Virus record (IMG/VR): IMGVR_UViG_3300020161_000851
Coordinates: 1-51,354 of that record
Reading direction: 5' to 3' (one strand)
Origin: a virus
Taxonomy: Duplodnaviria > Caudoviricetes
Length of the DNA stretch: 51,354 nucleotides
Shown piece after piece: positions 25,721 through 35,003 of the stretch. Every line of letters begins with the position of its first letter. The first letter of the stretch is position 1. The notes under the pieces were generated by a model. That model searched no databases and had not been told where the DNA came from. It saw nothing but the letters and a program-made list of their open reading frames with translations. A program made the translations under genes and the position numbers.

Positions 25721-28621
25721 ATGTCAGTAATTTACACACCAAATATAGTAATATCAAAAAATTATACCTTCATGAGTAATTTCATGGAAGGTAAATATTT
25801 TTCTGATTTAAATTCCGCTGCTGCTGATGATGCAGTGGTATTCAATGGAAAGCAAAATAGATATGTTTATAGTTTAGAACATAGTTTCAATTACAATCAT
25901 TCAGATACTGAAATAACTTTAAAGGTTTTAGATGTTGATGGTAATTTTGATAATACTTTTTTTAATGAAACATTTTATCAAAGATTGATGAATAACAGTG
26001 TTAACAAATATTTAAAAGACACTGCTGAAAAAAACTCAAAAACTAAAATATCAGATTTTCAAATTTATGTAAATGATTATTTACAGAGTCAAATAAAAAT
26101 ATATTTAGCATATGGCATAGGTGATGATTTAGCAACATGGACAGACCCAATAGCTTGCACTTTGGTGAATGCTGACGTTGATGTTGCTAATAATGGTCTT
26201 AGAAGTTACAGCTATAAATTTATTCCACAAATAAATAATTTCTTTAGACCTGAGCCTGAAAAAGACAAAAACGATCCAAACAGAAATACAGATTTTGAAT
26301 TTGGGGCAGTAAATGCTAGAACAGAGTATGCTATAACTACTCCAAAATTAGACGATTTAAATTATAATATTACTGAGTTATTAAAAGGGTTTGCTGGGAA
26401 AGTATGTAATGTTACCAATGATAATGTGATAGTAGTTATACCAAATTTAATCCCTAAAGATATTACTGTTTCAGCATTAGTGGCAGGCGACACTGCAAAT
26501 CAGGTTAGTCTTAAAACGGTGCTTACTGAAATAAAATGGACGGATAAACTAAATGTCGGAAAAGCGTATTTACAAACATTTAAATCTATTGAAGCTACCT
26601 ACAAAGATTCCGAAATATTAAAAGTTAAACAAACTATCCCAGTATTTAAGACTAGAAACAAACAAGATGTTGTAATTGCTTTAAACAAAAAACTTGAGGA
26701 ATTAAGAAAAAAATCTTCAGTATTGCAGACCGCAGAAGCTAACGCTAGGCAAAGCGGGGCTCCTGGAGATCCAGCCTTTACCTTGGATAATGCGTCAGAA
26801 ATAATTGAAACTCAAAGAAGACAATTGTTTAGAAGAAAGAATGAAGTGCTTACTGACTTAAGAAAATTAGAAACAACCATCACTCAAGGAGTTTCACAAG
26901 GAAAAACTTATGATCAGTTACAAAAAGAATTACAAATGCAATCAGATCTAAAGAAAGATTTGAAGGATTTACAAGACGCATTAGGTAATACAGATACTGA
27001 AGTAGATAACTTAATAAATTATAGATTAATTTCTAGTGAGCTAAACTCTCCAACTTTCCCTAAAGAAAGTATTGCAGACGGAACAACCGATGTAGAAGTT
27101 AATAAGGTTATTCCAGCAAGTCTTACTTTGAGAATGTTCTCCGAAAGAGATTTGCAAAGTAAAGATGATGATAAATCTCTCATACCAAACTGGAGAAAGT
27201 CTATAAACCAAGTTTTTGAAGGAATGTCCAAGATAAATGATTTATCTGAAGATGCTTACATTGTTCCAGCGGTAACATATGAGACTAGTTTAAGATGGCT
27301 AAAACTATTTAAAAAATATAATTTAATATCAGATCCAACTCAACCTTGTTTAATTATTGGTGATCGTCAAATGGTGTTAGATTACATTTATTGTAATCAA
27401 ATGTCACTTCAATTTGATACTCCGCAAGCAATTTCTAAATTTAAATTACCTGATGATAATAAATTGAAAAAAGCTCATGCCATGGGATATTTTAAAGATA
27501 TCATAAACCTTGTAAACAGAAAAAGAAATTCTTCTTCTTTTTCTGAAAAACTATATCTTGATGAATTAGCGTTGGATCCCAATAATTTGAGCGCAATTTC
27601 AGTAATAGAAAACATGAGTAAGAATTATGACATTCCTATTTTTATAAACAATTTTAGAAATTCTAATGTATTGAGTTATTCACTTAAAAATTCAGAAAAT
27701 TATATTGCAGCTATAAAATTTACTGTTAGAGATAATAGACTAAAATATCTTGCGTCAGAATTTAATGAAAATGTTTATATTCAGTTATTGAAAGACGCTG
27801 GTATGAATGAACCTAACCCCATAGAAATAGCAAAGCAATTATTTAATAAGACAGTAAAAGCATTACCAGAAGAGATAAAAGATAGAAAACTTGATATAAT
27901 CAAATCTGATGAATTAAGTTTAATTTCTAATTGGGAAAAAAATGAAGACGACAATAATTCTAGAAATAAATTAAATAATAATAAATATGCTATTTTTATA
28001 AAATCAAAAATTTATAAATCTCCTGGTGGTGTTATTCCAATATATGCTAGAAATGCACCATATTTAGTAGATAATAAGTATGAAAAACTACCACTAATAT
28101 TAACTCAAAATTCAGAAAATGTATCTTATTTAAATTTATCTTTACAAAGAACTTTATATGATACTTATGGATCAAAGTTAGATAAAAATGAATTAAACGC
28201 TATGGCAGAGTTGATAATACTGCTAAATGTTGTGAATGAGAAAAATGGTGGTAACACTATATCATTCATACCTGGAATAACATTACCATCAAATAATTTC
28301 ATACTAGCAAGGCTAAATGAATACCAACATAGATATGCAGTTAATTTAACATTAAAAACTTTACCGTTTTTTAATTTAACTGACACTAGAACTCTTAATA
28401 AACCTTGTATATTTTACTCTAAAAGAATTTCAGTTTTAAATAATGATTCAGTTTCTTTTGATTTTTTCTCAGGAGAATATCGTATAGTTGGATTTAAACA
28501 TGTGATAAATACTCAAGAATGCTATTCAGAATTTATGTTAATTAAATATGGAGCTTCTGATGAGACTTTGAATGGGCATTCCCCGAACCCAGCCACCAAT
28601 AGTCTTAATTCTGTTCCATAA
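25721..28621 (+). CDS. Baseplate hub protein (gp27/gpD-like) with large insertions
   Basis: Lies between gp53 and the spike; C-terminal LTLKTLPFF...FSGEYRIVGFKHVI...SEFMLIK. Confidence 0.6.
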   Translation: MSVIYTPNIVISKNYTFMSNFMEGKYFSDLNSAAADDAVVFNGKQNRYVYSLEHSFNYNHSDTEITLKVLDVDGNFDNTFFNETFYQRLMNNSVNKYLKDTAEKNSKTKISDFQIYVNDYLQSQIKIYLAYGIGDDLATWTDPIACTLVNADVDVANNGLRSYSYKFIPQINNFFRPEPEKDKNDPNRNTDFEFGAVNARTEYAITTPKLDDLNYNITELLKGFAGKVCNVTNDNVIVVIPNLIPKDITVSALVAGDTANQVSLKTVLTEIKWTDKLNVGKAYLQTFKSIEATYKDSEILKVKQTIPVFKTRNKQDVVIALNKKLEELRKKSSVLQTAEANARQSGAPGDPAFTLDNASEIIETQRRQLFRRKNEVLTDLRKLETTITQGVSQGKTYDQLQKELQMQSDLKKDLKDLQDALGNTDTEVDNLINYRLISSELNSPTFPKESIADGTTDVEVNKVIPASLTLRMFSERDLQSKDDDKSLIPNWRKSINQVFEGMSKINDLSEDAYIVPAVTYETSLRWLKLFKKYNLISDPTQPCLIIGDRQMVLDYIYCNQMSLQFDTPQAISKFKLPDDNKLKKAHAMGYFKDIINLVNRKRNSSSFSEKLYLDELALDPNNLSAISVIENMSKNYDIPIFINNFRNSNVLSYSLKNSENYIAAIKFTVRDNRLKYLASEFNENVYIQLLKDAGMNEPNPIEIAKQLFNKTVKALPEEIKDRKLDIIKSDELSLISNWEKNEDDNNSRNKLNNNKYAIFIKSKIYKSPGGVIPIYARNAPYLVDNKYEKLPLILTQNSENVSYLNLSLQRTLYDTYGSKLDKNELNAMAELIILLNVVNEKNGGNTISFIPGITLPSNNFILARLNEYQHRYAVNLTLKTLPFFNLTDTRTLNKPCIFYSKRISVLNNDSVSFDFFSGEYRIVGFKHVINTQECYSEFMLIKYGASDETLNGHSPNPATNSLNSVP

Positions 28622-28651
28622 GTAACAAATCAAGTGATAGGATAATAATTT

Positions 28652-30178
28652 ATGAAATTTTTTAAAGGTAAAGTTGATTTAACAATTGATCAAAAGAAAG
28701 AAGGTAGAGTCAATGTTAATATAAGTGGCAGGCCACCTGGAACCAATCCAGTTGTCAATTACGTTAGCCCATATTATGACAATCATTCAGGCGGCATGTT
28801 TGCTGTTCCTGCTCATGGTTCGGAAATATTATTAATGTATGATGAAAGTATTGGTGAATACTTTTATATTGGAACAATCGTAGGCAAAAGTAAGTTTAAT
28901 CCAGGTTCTGATGATAACATGAAAGATTCTGTTATTTCAGAAAAATTAGCATATAATTCAGACGGAAGTCCTTGCATAATGACTTACACAAACTCAGATG
29001 GTGCAGGATTAAAGATCAATAGTTTTCAAGATGGTAAGGATAAGCACTTAGTAAAATCAGTTGTGTTGAAATCTAGTCTTGGTCATTCTCTTGAGCTTGG
29101 AGACAATCCGATGCGAGACAAGGTTACACTCAAGAACAAGAATCAAGAAGGTATTACAATCACTGGAGATTCAACTACAGCAGAACCAATACCATCTAGA
29201 AGTATAGCTCTTGAAACCTTAGATACTATAAAGGGTAGAGCAGTCAGGGGGGAAGTAAAGTTAGAGCTTACTCACGGTAGAGATATAACAATTAAAAATC
29301 ACTCGGATGGTATTGCAGGGGGATTTAAGATTGATACGCCCTTAGGAGAAATAAATCCAATTCCCGCCGGAAACTTAAATTTAGTTACATCTTGGAAGGA
29401 CATTAATATTTATACTGAGGGATTACCTACAGTCCCAACCGGGGATGCTGGCAGAATATTAATATCAACTCCAGAAGGTTTGATACAAATAAAGTCCGGT
29501 AGTGCTGGCCTTACGATTTACTCGGAAGGTAATATCAATATTGCATCAGCTAAAGCTTTAAAACCTTTTAAAGTGGAATCTCTCGGAACTGATGAGGTAA
29601 CTAGAAGACCAAACATAACAGGAAGCCTAAGCACATGGGTAGTATCCCAAGGTAGTCCGGTCTTCGCTGGGGAGACGATAGGGATCATAGTTGCTGGGTC
29701 TGTGATCCCCCAGGAGATCCCAATTGTCGCCCCCCACAACGGGATATTGTTGCAGCAGATAGCGCAACCTGGGGCAATCCTCAACCTGTTCACCCCACTC
29801 GGCGTTATTCAGACTGATGGTGGCACTATAAACCTTGAGGCAACTGATAATATTAATTTAAAAGCTGGACAGCAAATTAATATAACTGGAAATCTAGGGG
29901 TTACAACTGAATCCTTAGGCCCGATATCAATTAAAAGCCAAACAGAATTAAATTTAAATTCTAGTTTAAAAACTACTGTTGAATCTCCAACAGAGGTTGT
30001 TGTAGCAGGCACAATCTTTACAATGGGTGCAGCAACATCAAACATATCTCCAGGTAATGGGGGAGGAACAATTTATTCTCCATCCCCAACTGAAGCTAAT
30101 ACTGATCCGGTCATCCCGGCGTTAGTTGGAACAATTATTCCTGAGATAGGAGCATACATCTTAAAGGGACAGCCCTAA
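28652..30178 (+). CDS. Baseplate central spike (gp5/VgrG-like OB fold plus beta repeats) with inserted lipoyl-like domain
   Basis: EGRVNV, GGMFAVPAHGSEIL...YIG OB-fold motif; GHSLEL.D; GNINIAS / GTINLEATDNINLKAG beta repeats. Confidence 0.75.
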   Translation: MKFFKGKVDLTIDQKKEGRVNVNISGRPPGTNPVVNYVSPYYDNHSGGMFAVPAHGSEILLMYDESIGEYFYIGTIVGKSKFNPGSDDNMKDSVISEKLAYNSDGSPCIMTYTNSDGAGLKINSFQDGKDKHLVKSVVLKSSLGHSLELGDNPMRDKVTLKNKNQEGITITGDSTTAEPIPSRSIALETLDTIKGRAVRGEVKLELTHGRDITIKNHSDGIAGGFKIDTPLGEINPIPAGNLNLVTSWKDINIYTEGLPTVPTGDAGRILISTPEGLIQIKSGSAGLTIYSEGNINIASAKALKPFKVESLGTDEVTRRPNITGSLSTWVVSQGSPVFAGETIGIIVAGSVIPQEIPIVAPHNGILLQQIAQPGAILNLFTPLGVIQTDGGTINLEATDNINLKAGQQINITGNLGVTTESLGPISIKSQTELNLNSSLKTTVESPTEVVVAGTIFTMGAATSNISPGNGGGTIYSPSPTEANTDPVIPALVGTIIPEIGAYILKGQP

Positions 30179-30181
30179 ATA
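30175..30181 (+). promoter_or_regulatory. Putative late promoter (CTAAATA)
   Basis: Overlaps the spike stop codon, 10 nt before the ATG at 30192. Confidence 0.35.
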
Positions 30182-30191
30182 CTATTAAACT

Positions 30192-32918
30192 ATGGGAGTA
30201 TTTGATATAAAAGCGTTTACCACCCTTCTTGGGCAAGGTAATGGAGTTCTAGGGTCTGTAGGTGGGGCATTTGGAGTCCCATCCTGCTTACTAAATTTAG
30301 CCAAAGATGTATTGCAGTTATTGCCGACTAATGCCCTTTTTGGAATCATGGGGGAGCTAGAAGACGGCAGATCAATGGCAGACTCCGTAACTAAATCAAT
30401 AATGTCTCAAGTCAGAAATGTTCTTGGAATTATTGAATGGGACAGTGAGGAGGGAGGTCTTAGATTCGTATCCAATTCATCTAAGATGGGCTATGAATCT
30501 AACTCTGGTAGCGTATTAGGATCTCTTGGAGCTTTGATTGAAGGTGTCGCCGCTCTAGGTGGAAATCTATATGCAAACTACCAGATGGCAGAAAATCAAA
30601 TACGCCAAATAAAAGAGTGTATAAATTCATATAGAAATTATTTAAAATTTAAGAACGGCGCAGCAGCAGAGCAACTAGCTCAGTTAGATCCAGTGGCTTA
30701 TGATGATTACATCAATAGCCAATACATGATGGAAATGGCAGCGTTGAGACAAGCCATAGACTTTCAAAATCAATTAACGAATAAGATACTTGACATACAG
30801 GATATAATTGATGCTCGATTAAATGATCCAACGCTAGAGCCTTTGTTTGTGTGTGATGCACTACCATATGTCTCAGGCACTGGTCTTCCAATAGAATGTG
30901 CGCCAGATCAAGGGTTAGAAAGTGTGTTTAGACTTATTTATGGCCCACCAAGGTCAACTGCTGGACAATTCCTACTTTCAAAAGATGGTATATATTTTAA
31001 CTCCCAAGCTAGTGGTATAACTCCTGCACTGGTTTATTTAGAATCAAAATTAGAGGAGGCCAACCGTGCCAGAACTAGCAAGTGGAGATTAAATCAAGAT
31101 CCAAACCTAGGTGGAAGAGGCGACTCATTCTCTACCGAAGATTTAAATACTTATATTAATACTATTTTAGATCCAAACATAATTTCTGAATCTGAAGAAT
31201 TAAGAGTTTATTACGATAAGGATGGATTCTTACAGGAGTTGATTGGAAACAAAAACAAAAGAATATATGACCTATCAGCTCAGATAAATGAATTAGAATC
31301 GGACAATTCCCCAGAGTCCGTAATTTATAACTATAAACAATCCCTAATATCAGAAAATTCTACTCATCAACAAAGAATAAATAAGAGAAAGAAGCAGATA
31401 GAGTTAGCTGTAAAGCTGCCATCAGTTTATAACTTGGAATCTTTCTACAGCCCAGGGAAGGTTCCAGTAAATGACTTCTCATATTTAGCTGGGGTAAATA
31501 TAGGATTAGATATTGAGAAGCAAAAGGCTCTTAGCTTTTCTCAAGTTGACATTGATGGGGTAGTATCTCCTATACAGTTGAGTTCTTCATACGTCATATC
31601 AAAAGGCAATACCAGAAACGGATCTGTCGAACACTTAATTATTTCTGAGTTGTCTGATGGTGCGATCATATACGATGGAAGCTCTGTATCCTCAGTAAAC
31701 TCCGTGATATTACCAGCGGAAAGCTTCATATCCACAAGAGACTTAATCTCTATGTATAATTTCTTGGAGACTAACATAGAAGATCCTTCGTCAACCTCAT
31801 TCACCACAAGAAATTCAATATCGGAGTCTAATGAGAATTATGCTCAGTTAGTCGCTAACTCACAAGATCAAGTATTCAAGAGAGGGTTGGGTATTCCATT
31901 CTTAGAAGGAATTACTAAGCACTCCTCAGTTAGCCAATCTGAAATTAGTTCCATCGGAAGTTATGTAAAGCTTCCAAGTGTAAAGAAACTGAATGACTTG
32001 CTCTACAACAAAGATGGTGCAACAATAGATTTCTGGGTTCATATGCCAAATCTTTTGTGTGTCAGTGCAGGATACAATGAATCTAATGTCTCTAGTTTGT
32101 TTAGATTAGTTTTGGCAAACGAAAATACTGGATTCCAAGGAACTCCAACTAATTCATCTGAAGCAGGCCAAAATAATTTTGGAAGTGAGGTTGTCAGAGG
32201 GTTTATGATGGGATTTACTAGAGATGTAAGACTTACATCTGAAAAAGCACCAACAACTAGCCCTTCAGGTAACCCAGTATCCTCTTCCTGTTTCTTCATA
32301 GCTCCAACTCAGTCAACAAGTTTAAGCTCTGTAAGTTTCATAAATAGATCTAGCTATGATGGTCAACAATGTAATGCAGGATACAGATACCATAGCATGA
32401 TTCATAAAGTTAACCAGCAGGCTAATGGGTTAGCGATCTCGTCTTGTCAGAATCAATTTTGTCACATAGCTGTAACCTTCGATCCTAAGGTAGATTTAAT
32501 TAAATTTTATTTTGATGGATCGTTAGTAACTACGTCAAGCATGTCTTATGTGTTTGGAATTCAACCCTACACGATGCCAAACTTACCAACATTTAAAAAG
32601 CAAAATAGCTTTGATTATGTCGCTAGCGCATTGAATGCTACAGCTCCAGTAAAACTCAAATCTGGACCAAGATTAAATAAATACTTTACTCCTTGGATTG
32701 TCGGAGGGGGATACACCGATGGAATGTTCCAATATGGAAACTTCATGGGCGGAATTTATGGTGGCGTCAAGAGTGGCTTGAAGGGGTATTTAGGGAGCTT
32801 AAAATTCTATGCTAATACTCTAGGGGATTCTGAAATTTATGAAAATTATAGAGCACATAGAGATTTCTTTAAAAACATTGACGTTCCGTCATTATCCATA
32901 GGGCCTTGCTCTGATTAA
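30192..32918 (+). CDS. Virion protein with coiled-coil N-terminus and C-terminal LamG/ConA-like domain
   Basis: TIDFWVH, HIAVTFD...IKFYFDG and GYLGSLKFY..L..EI..NY are LamG-type motifs. Confidence 0.65.
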   Translation: MGVFDIKAFTTLLGQGNGVLGSVGGAFGVPSCLLNLAKDVLQLLPTNALFGIMGELEDGRSMADSVTKSIMSQVRNVLGIIEWDSEEGGLRFVSNSSKMGYESNSGSVLGSLGALIEGVAALGGNLYANYQMAENQIRQIKECINSYRNYLKFKNGAAAEQLAQLDPVAYDDYINSQYMMEMAALRQAIDFQNQLTNKILDIQDIIDARLNDPTLEPLFVCDALPYVSGTGLPIECAPDQGLESVFRLIYGPPRSTAGQFLLSKDGIYFNSQASGITPALVYLESKLEEANRARTSKWRLNQDPNLGGRGDSFSTEDLNTYINTILDPNIISESEELRVYYDKDGFLQELIGNKNKRIYDLSAQINELESDNSPESVIYNYKQSLISENSTHQQRINKRKKQIELAVKLPSVYNLESFYSPGKVPVNDFSYLAGVNIGLDIEKQKALSFSQVDIDGVVSPIQLSSSYVISKGNTRNGSVEHLIISELSDGAIIYDGSSVSSVNSVILPAESFISTRDLISMYNFLETNIEDPSSTSFTTRNSISESNENYAQLVANSQDQVFKRGLGIPFLEGITKHSSVSQSEISSIGSYVKLPSVKKLNDLLYNKDGATIDFWVHMPNLLCVSAGYNESNVSSLFRLVLANENTGFQGTPTNSSEAGQNNFGSEVVRGFMMGFTRDVRLTSEKAPTTSPSGNPVSSSCFFIAPTQSTSLSSVSFINRSSYDGQQCNAGYRYHSMIHKVNQQANGLAISSCQNQFCHIAVTFDPKVDLIKFYFDGSLVTTSSMSYVFGIQPYTMPNLPTFKKQNSFDYVASALNATAPVKLKSGPRLNKYFTPWIVGGGYTDGMFQYGNFMGGIYGGVKSGLKGYLGSLKFYANTLGDSEIYENYRAHRDFFKNIDVPSLSIGPCSD

Positions 32919-32928
32919 GGATTAAATT

Positions 32929-33393
32929 ATGGCTATAAATCAAGACATTGAGGTATACGGGAGAGAGCCAAGCAAGTTCTCTAATTTCTCCACTAAATCA
33001 AAAGGAAATAAGACCTACGGATTTAAATTTCCATTTGGAGATCTTGAGAGCGGGACATTCCTAAAGAAATCCTCAGAATTAGAAGTAGTAAAATCTGGGA
33101 TAATACAGCTACTTGCTACTTCCAGGGGTGAAAGAGTAATGCTTCCAAACTTTGGAACAAACCTTAAAAAGTATTTGATGGAGCCTTTAGATCAGGCTTT
33201 ATTGAATCAAATTAGGCGAGAAGTCTCAGAATCTATATATAAGTATGCAACTAATGTTAATATCCTAAGATTACAGGTATTCCCATTAGAAAATGCTTCG
33301 TCTGGAGGGGGACATACCTTATTAATAAAGTTAGTATGTTCCATGAAGGAAAACGAAGGGTTAGGATTTGAAGTTAGTGTAGAGATAAAATAA
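32929..33393 (+). CDS. Baseplate wedge subunit gp25-like
   Basis: LLATSRGERVMLPNFGTNLKKYLMEP. Confidence 0.9.
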   Translation: MAINQDIEVYGREPSKFSNFSTKSKGNKTYGFKFPFGDLESGTFLKKSSELEVVKSGIIQLLATSRGERVMLPNFGTNLKKYLMEPLDQALLNQIRREVSESIYKYATNVNILRLQVFPLENASSGGGHTLLIKLVCSMKENEGLGFEVSVEIK

Positions 33394-35003
33394 TGGTATT
33401 ATTTAAGGGAACAGTAGAATCTGATTTTTTAAAGTTAGCGTCAGTAGATGATGCAGATAAATCTAATTTAATTAATTTTGCGGCTACAGATTTCCTATCT
33501 TTAAGACAATCCCTACTTGAATACGTAAAATCAGTTTATCCATTAGAATATAATTATTTCTCTGAGTCCGATTTTGGTATGATGCTGGTAGAGTTAGTAG
33601 CCTACATGGGGCACGTTCTATCCTACAAAGCTGATTACTTGGCTAATGAAAATTACCTTAAATCAGCCAGAGCGAGAGACAGTGTAAAAAGATTGATGGA
33701 GTTGATTGGCATAAGAATGAAGGGTCCGATTGCTGCTGCAACAGACGCAAGACTGACCTTAGAATCAAACCAGCCTTGGGTATCCAATTCTAGTCTAGTT
33801 ATAACTCCAGAGAATAGAGTTGTTTCCATAAATTCACCGGAAGATGGGCAACCTATGTCTTATACACTTTATAAAGTTGCAGCAAATGGAGATATAGATT
33901 CAACAAACTCAAACGGTGATGTTGTAGTGTATAATTCTGAAAAAGCAACCAGCTCTGTAGTGTCTAGCTTGGTGTTATTAGAGGGAACTTTAGTCGTTGA
34001 ACAAGGACAATTTGTTGATACTGAGTCTTTGAAGTCGGTAGCCCTTCAGAGATCCCCTGTCATCGAGGGAAGTGTTCTAGCCTATGTTGAGGGGTCAAAC
34101 TCTACCAGTGGGCAGTATAGGCAAGTTGATAACATATTCTATGCATCTGGTTCGGGCGATAAAGTATTCCAATTATTATCAACTGACAATTATGGTGGGA
34201 CTGTAGTCTTTGGAGATAATAACATAGGTAAAGTTCCTGCCATAGGGGATAGCTATAGAATTATTTATAGAGTTGGAGGCGGAACCAGAGGCAATATTGC
34301 AAGAGGGTTATTAAATACATCAATAACAACTCAATTTTATCGAACTCCTTCTGATGATGCTGTTAATATTCAAGCTACTTTAGAGAATACGTCTAAGGGC
34401 ACTGGGGGCTCAGATTCTGAAACTATAGAACATGCGAAGAAGTATGGACCCCTGATGTTCAGAACTCAAAATAGGTTAGTTACGCTAACTGACTACAAAG
34501 CGTTCGTTAATAGCTTTATAAGCTCATACGGATCTGTAGGAAAGGCAACAGCAGCAACCAGAAGAGCATTCTCATCAGCCAATATAATTGATGTTTATGT
34601 CTTAGAGAAATCTAACAACATACAATTAAGAAAGGCAACTCCAGAATATAAAAGACAAATAGCGGAAGCAATATCTGATTTGAAGATGATAACAGATGAA
34701 GTCGTGGTAGTCGATGGTTTGATAAGAACCTTAGATTTAATAATTACTCTTCGTATAGACAAGAAATATAGAAATGTTGAAACTTCAATCAAAGCAAAAG
34801 CAAATCAAAAAGTTTTAGATTGTTTTAATGTTGACAATAATGATTTTGGAAAAGAATTCAATCCTCAAGAGATTTTGTATAAACTATTTGAAGTTGAAGA
34901 AGTTAGATTTGCGACAATAGATAATGCTCCAAACTCTATAAAAATTAACTTTAATGAGATAGTTCAGTTAAATAATTTTACAATAAATATAAGTTATGTC
35001 TAA
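33393..35003 (+). CDS. Baseplate wedge subunit gp6-like (baseplate J family)
   Basis: DFLSLRQSL, LVAYMGHVLSY..D..ANE.YL.SA, FGDNNIGKVP, GGSDSETIE, QNRLVTLTDY. Confidence 0.9.
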   Translation: MVLFKGTVESDFLKLASVDDADKSNLINFAATDFLSLRQSLLEYVKSVYPLEYNYFSESDFGMMLVELVAYMGHVLSYKADYLANENYLKSARARDSVKRLMELIGIRMKGPIAAATDARLTLESNQPWVSNSSLVITPENRVVSINSPEDGQPMSYTLYKVAANGDIDSTNSNGDVVVYNSEKATSSVVSSLVLLEGTLVVEQGQFVDTESLKSVALQRSPVIEGSVLAYVEGSNSTSGQYRQVDNIFYASGSGDKVFQLLSTDNYGGTVVFGDNNIGKVPAIGDSYRIIYRVGGGTRGNIARGLLNTSITTQFYRTPSDDAVNIQATLENTSKGTGGSDSETIEHAKKYGPLMFRTQNRLVTLTDYKAFVNSFISSYGSVGKATAATRRAFSSANIIDVYVLEKSNNIQLRKATPEYKRQIAEAISDLKMITDEVVVVDGLIRTLDLIITLRIDKKYRNVETSIKAKANQKVLDCFNVDNNDFGKEFNPQEILYKLFEVEEVRFATIDNAPNSIKINFNEIVQLNNFTINISYV

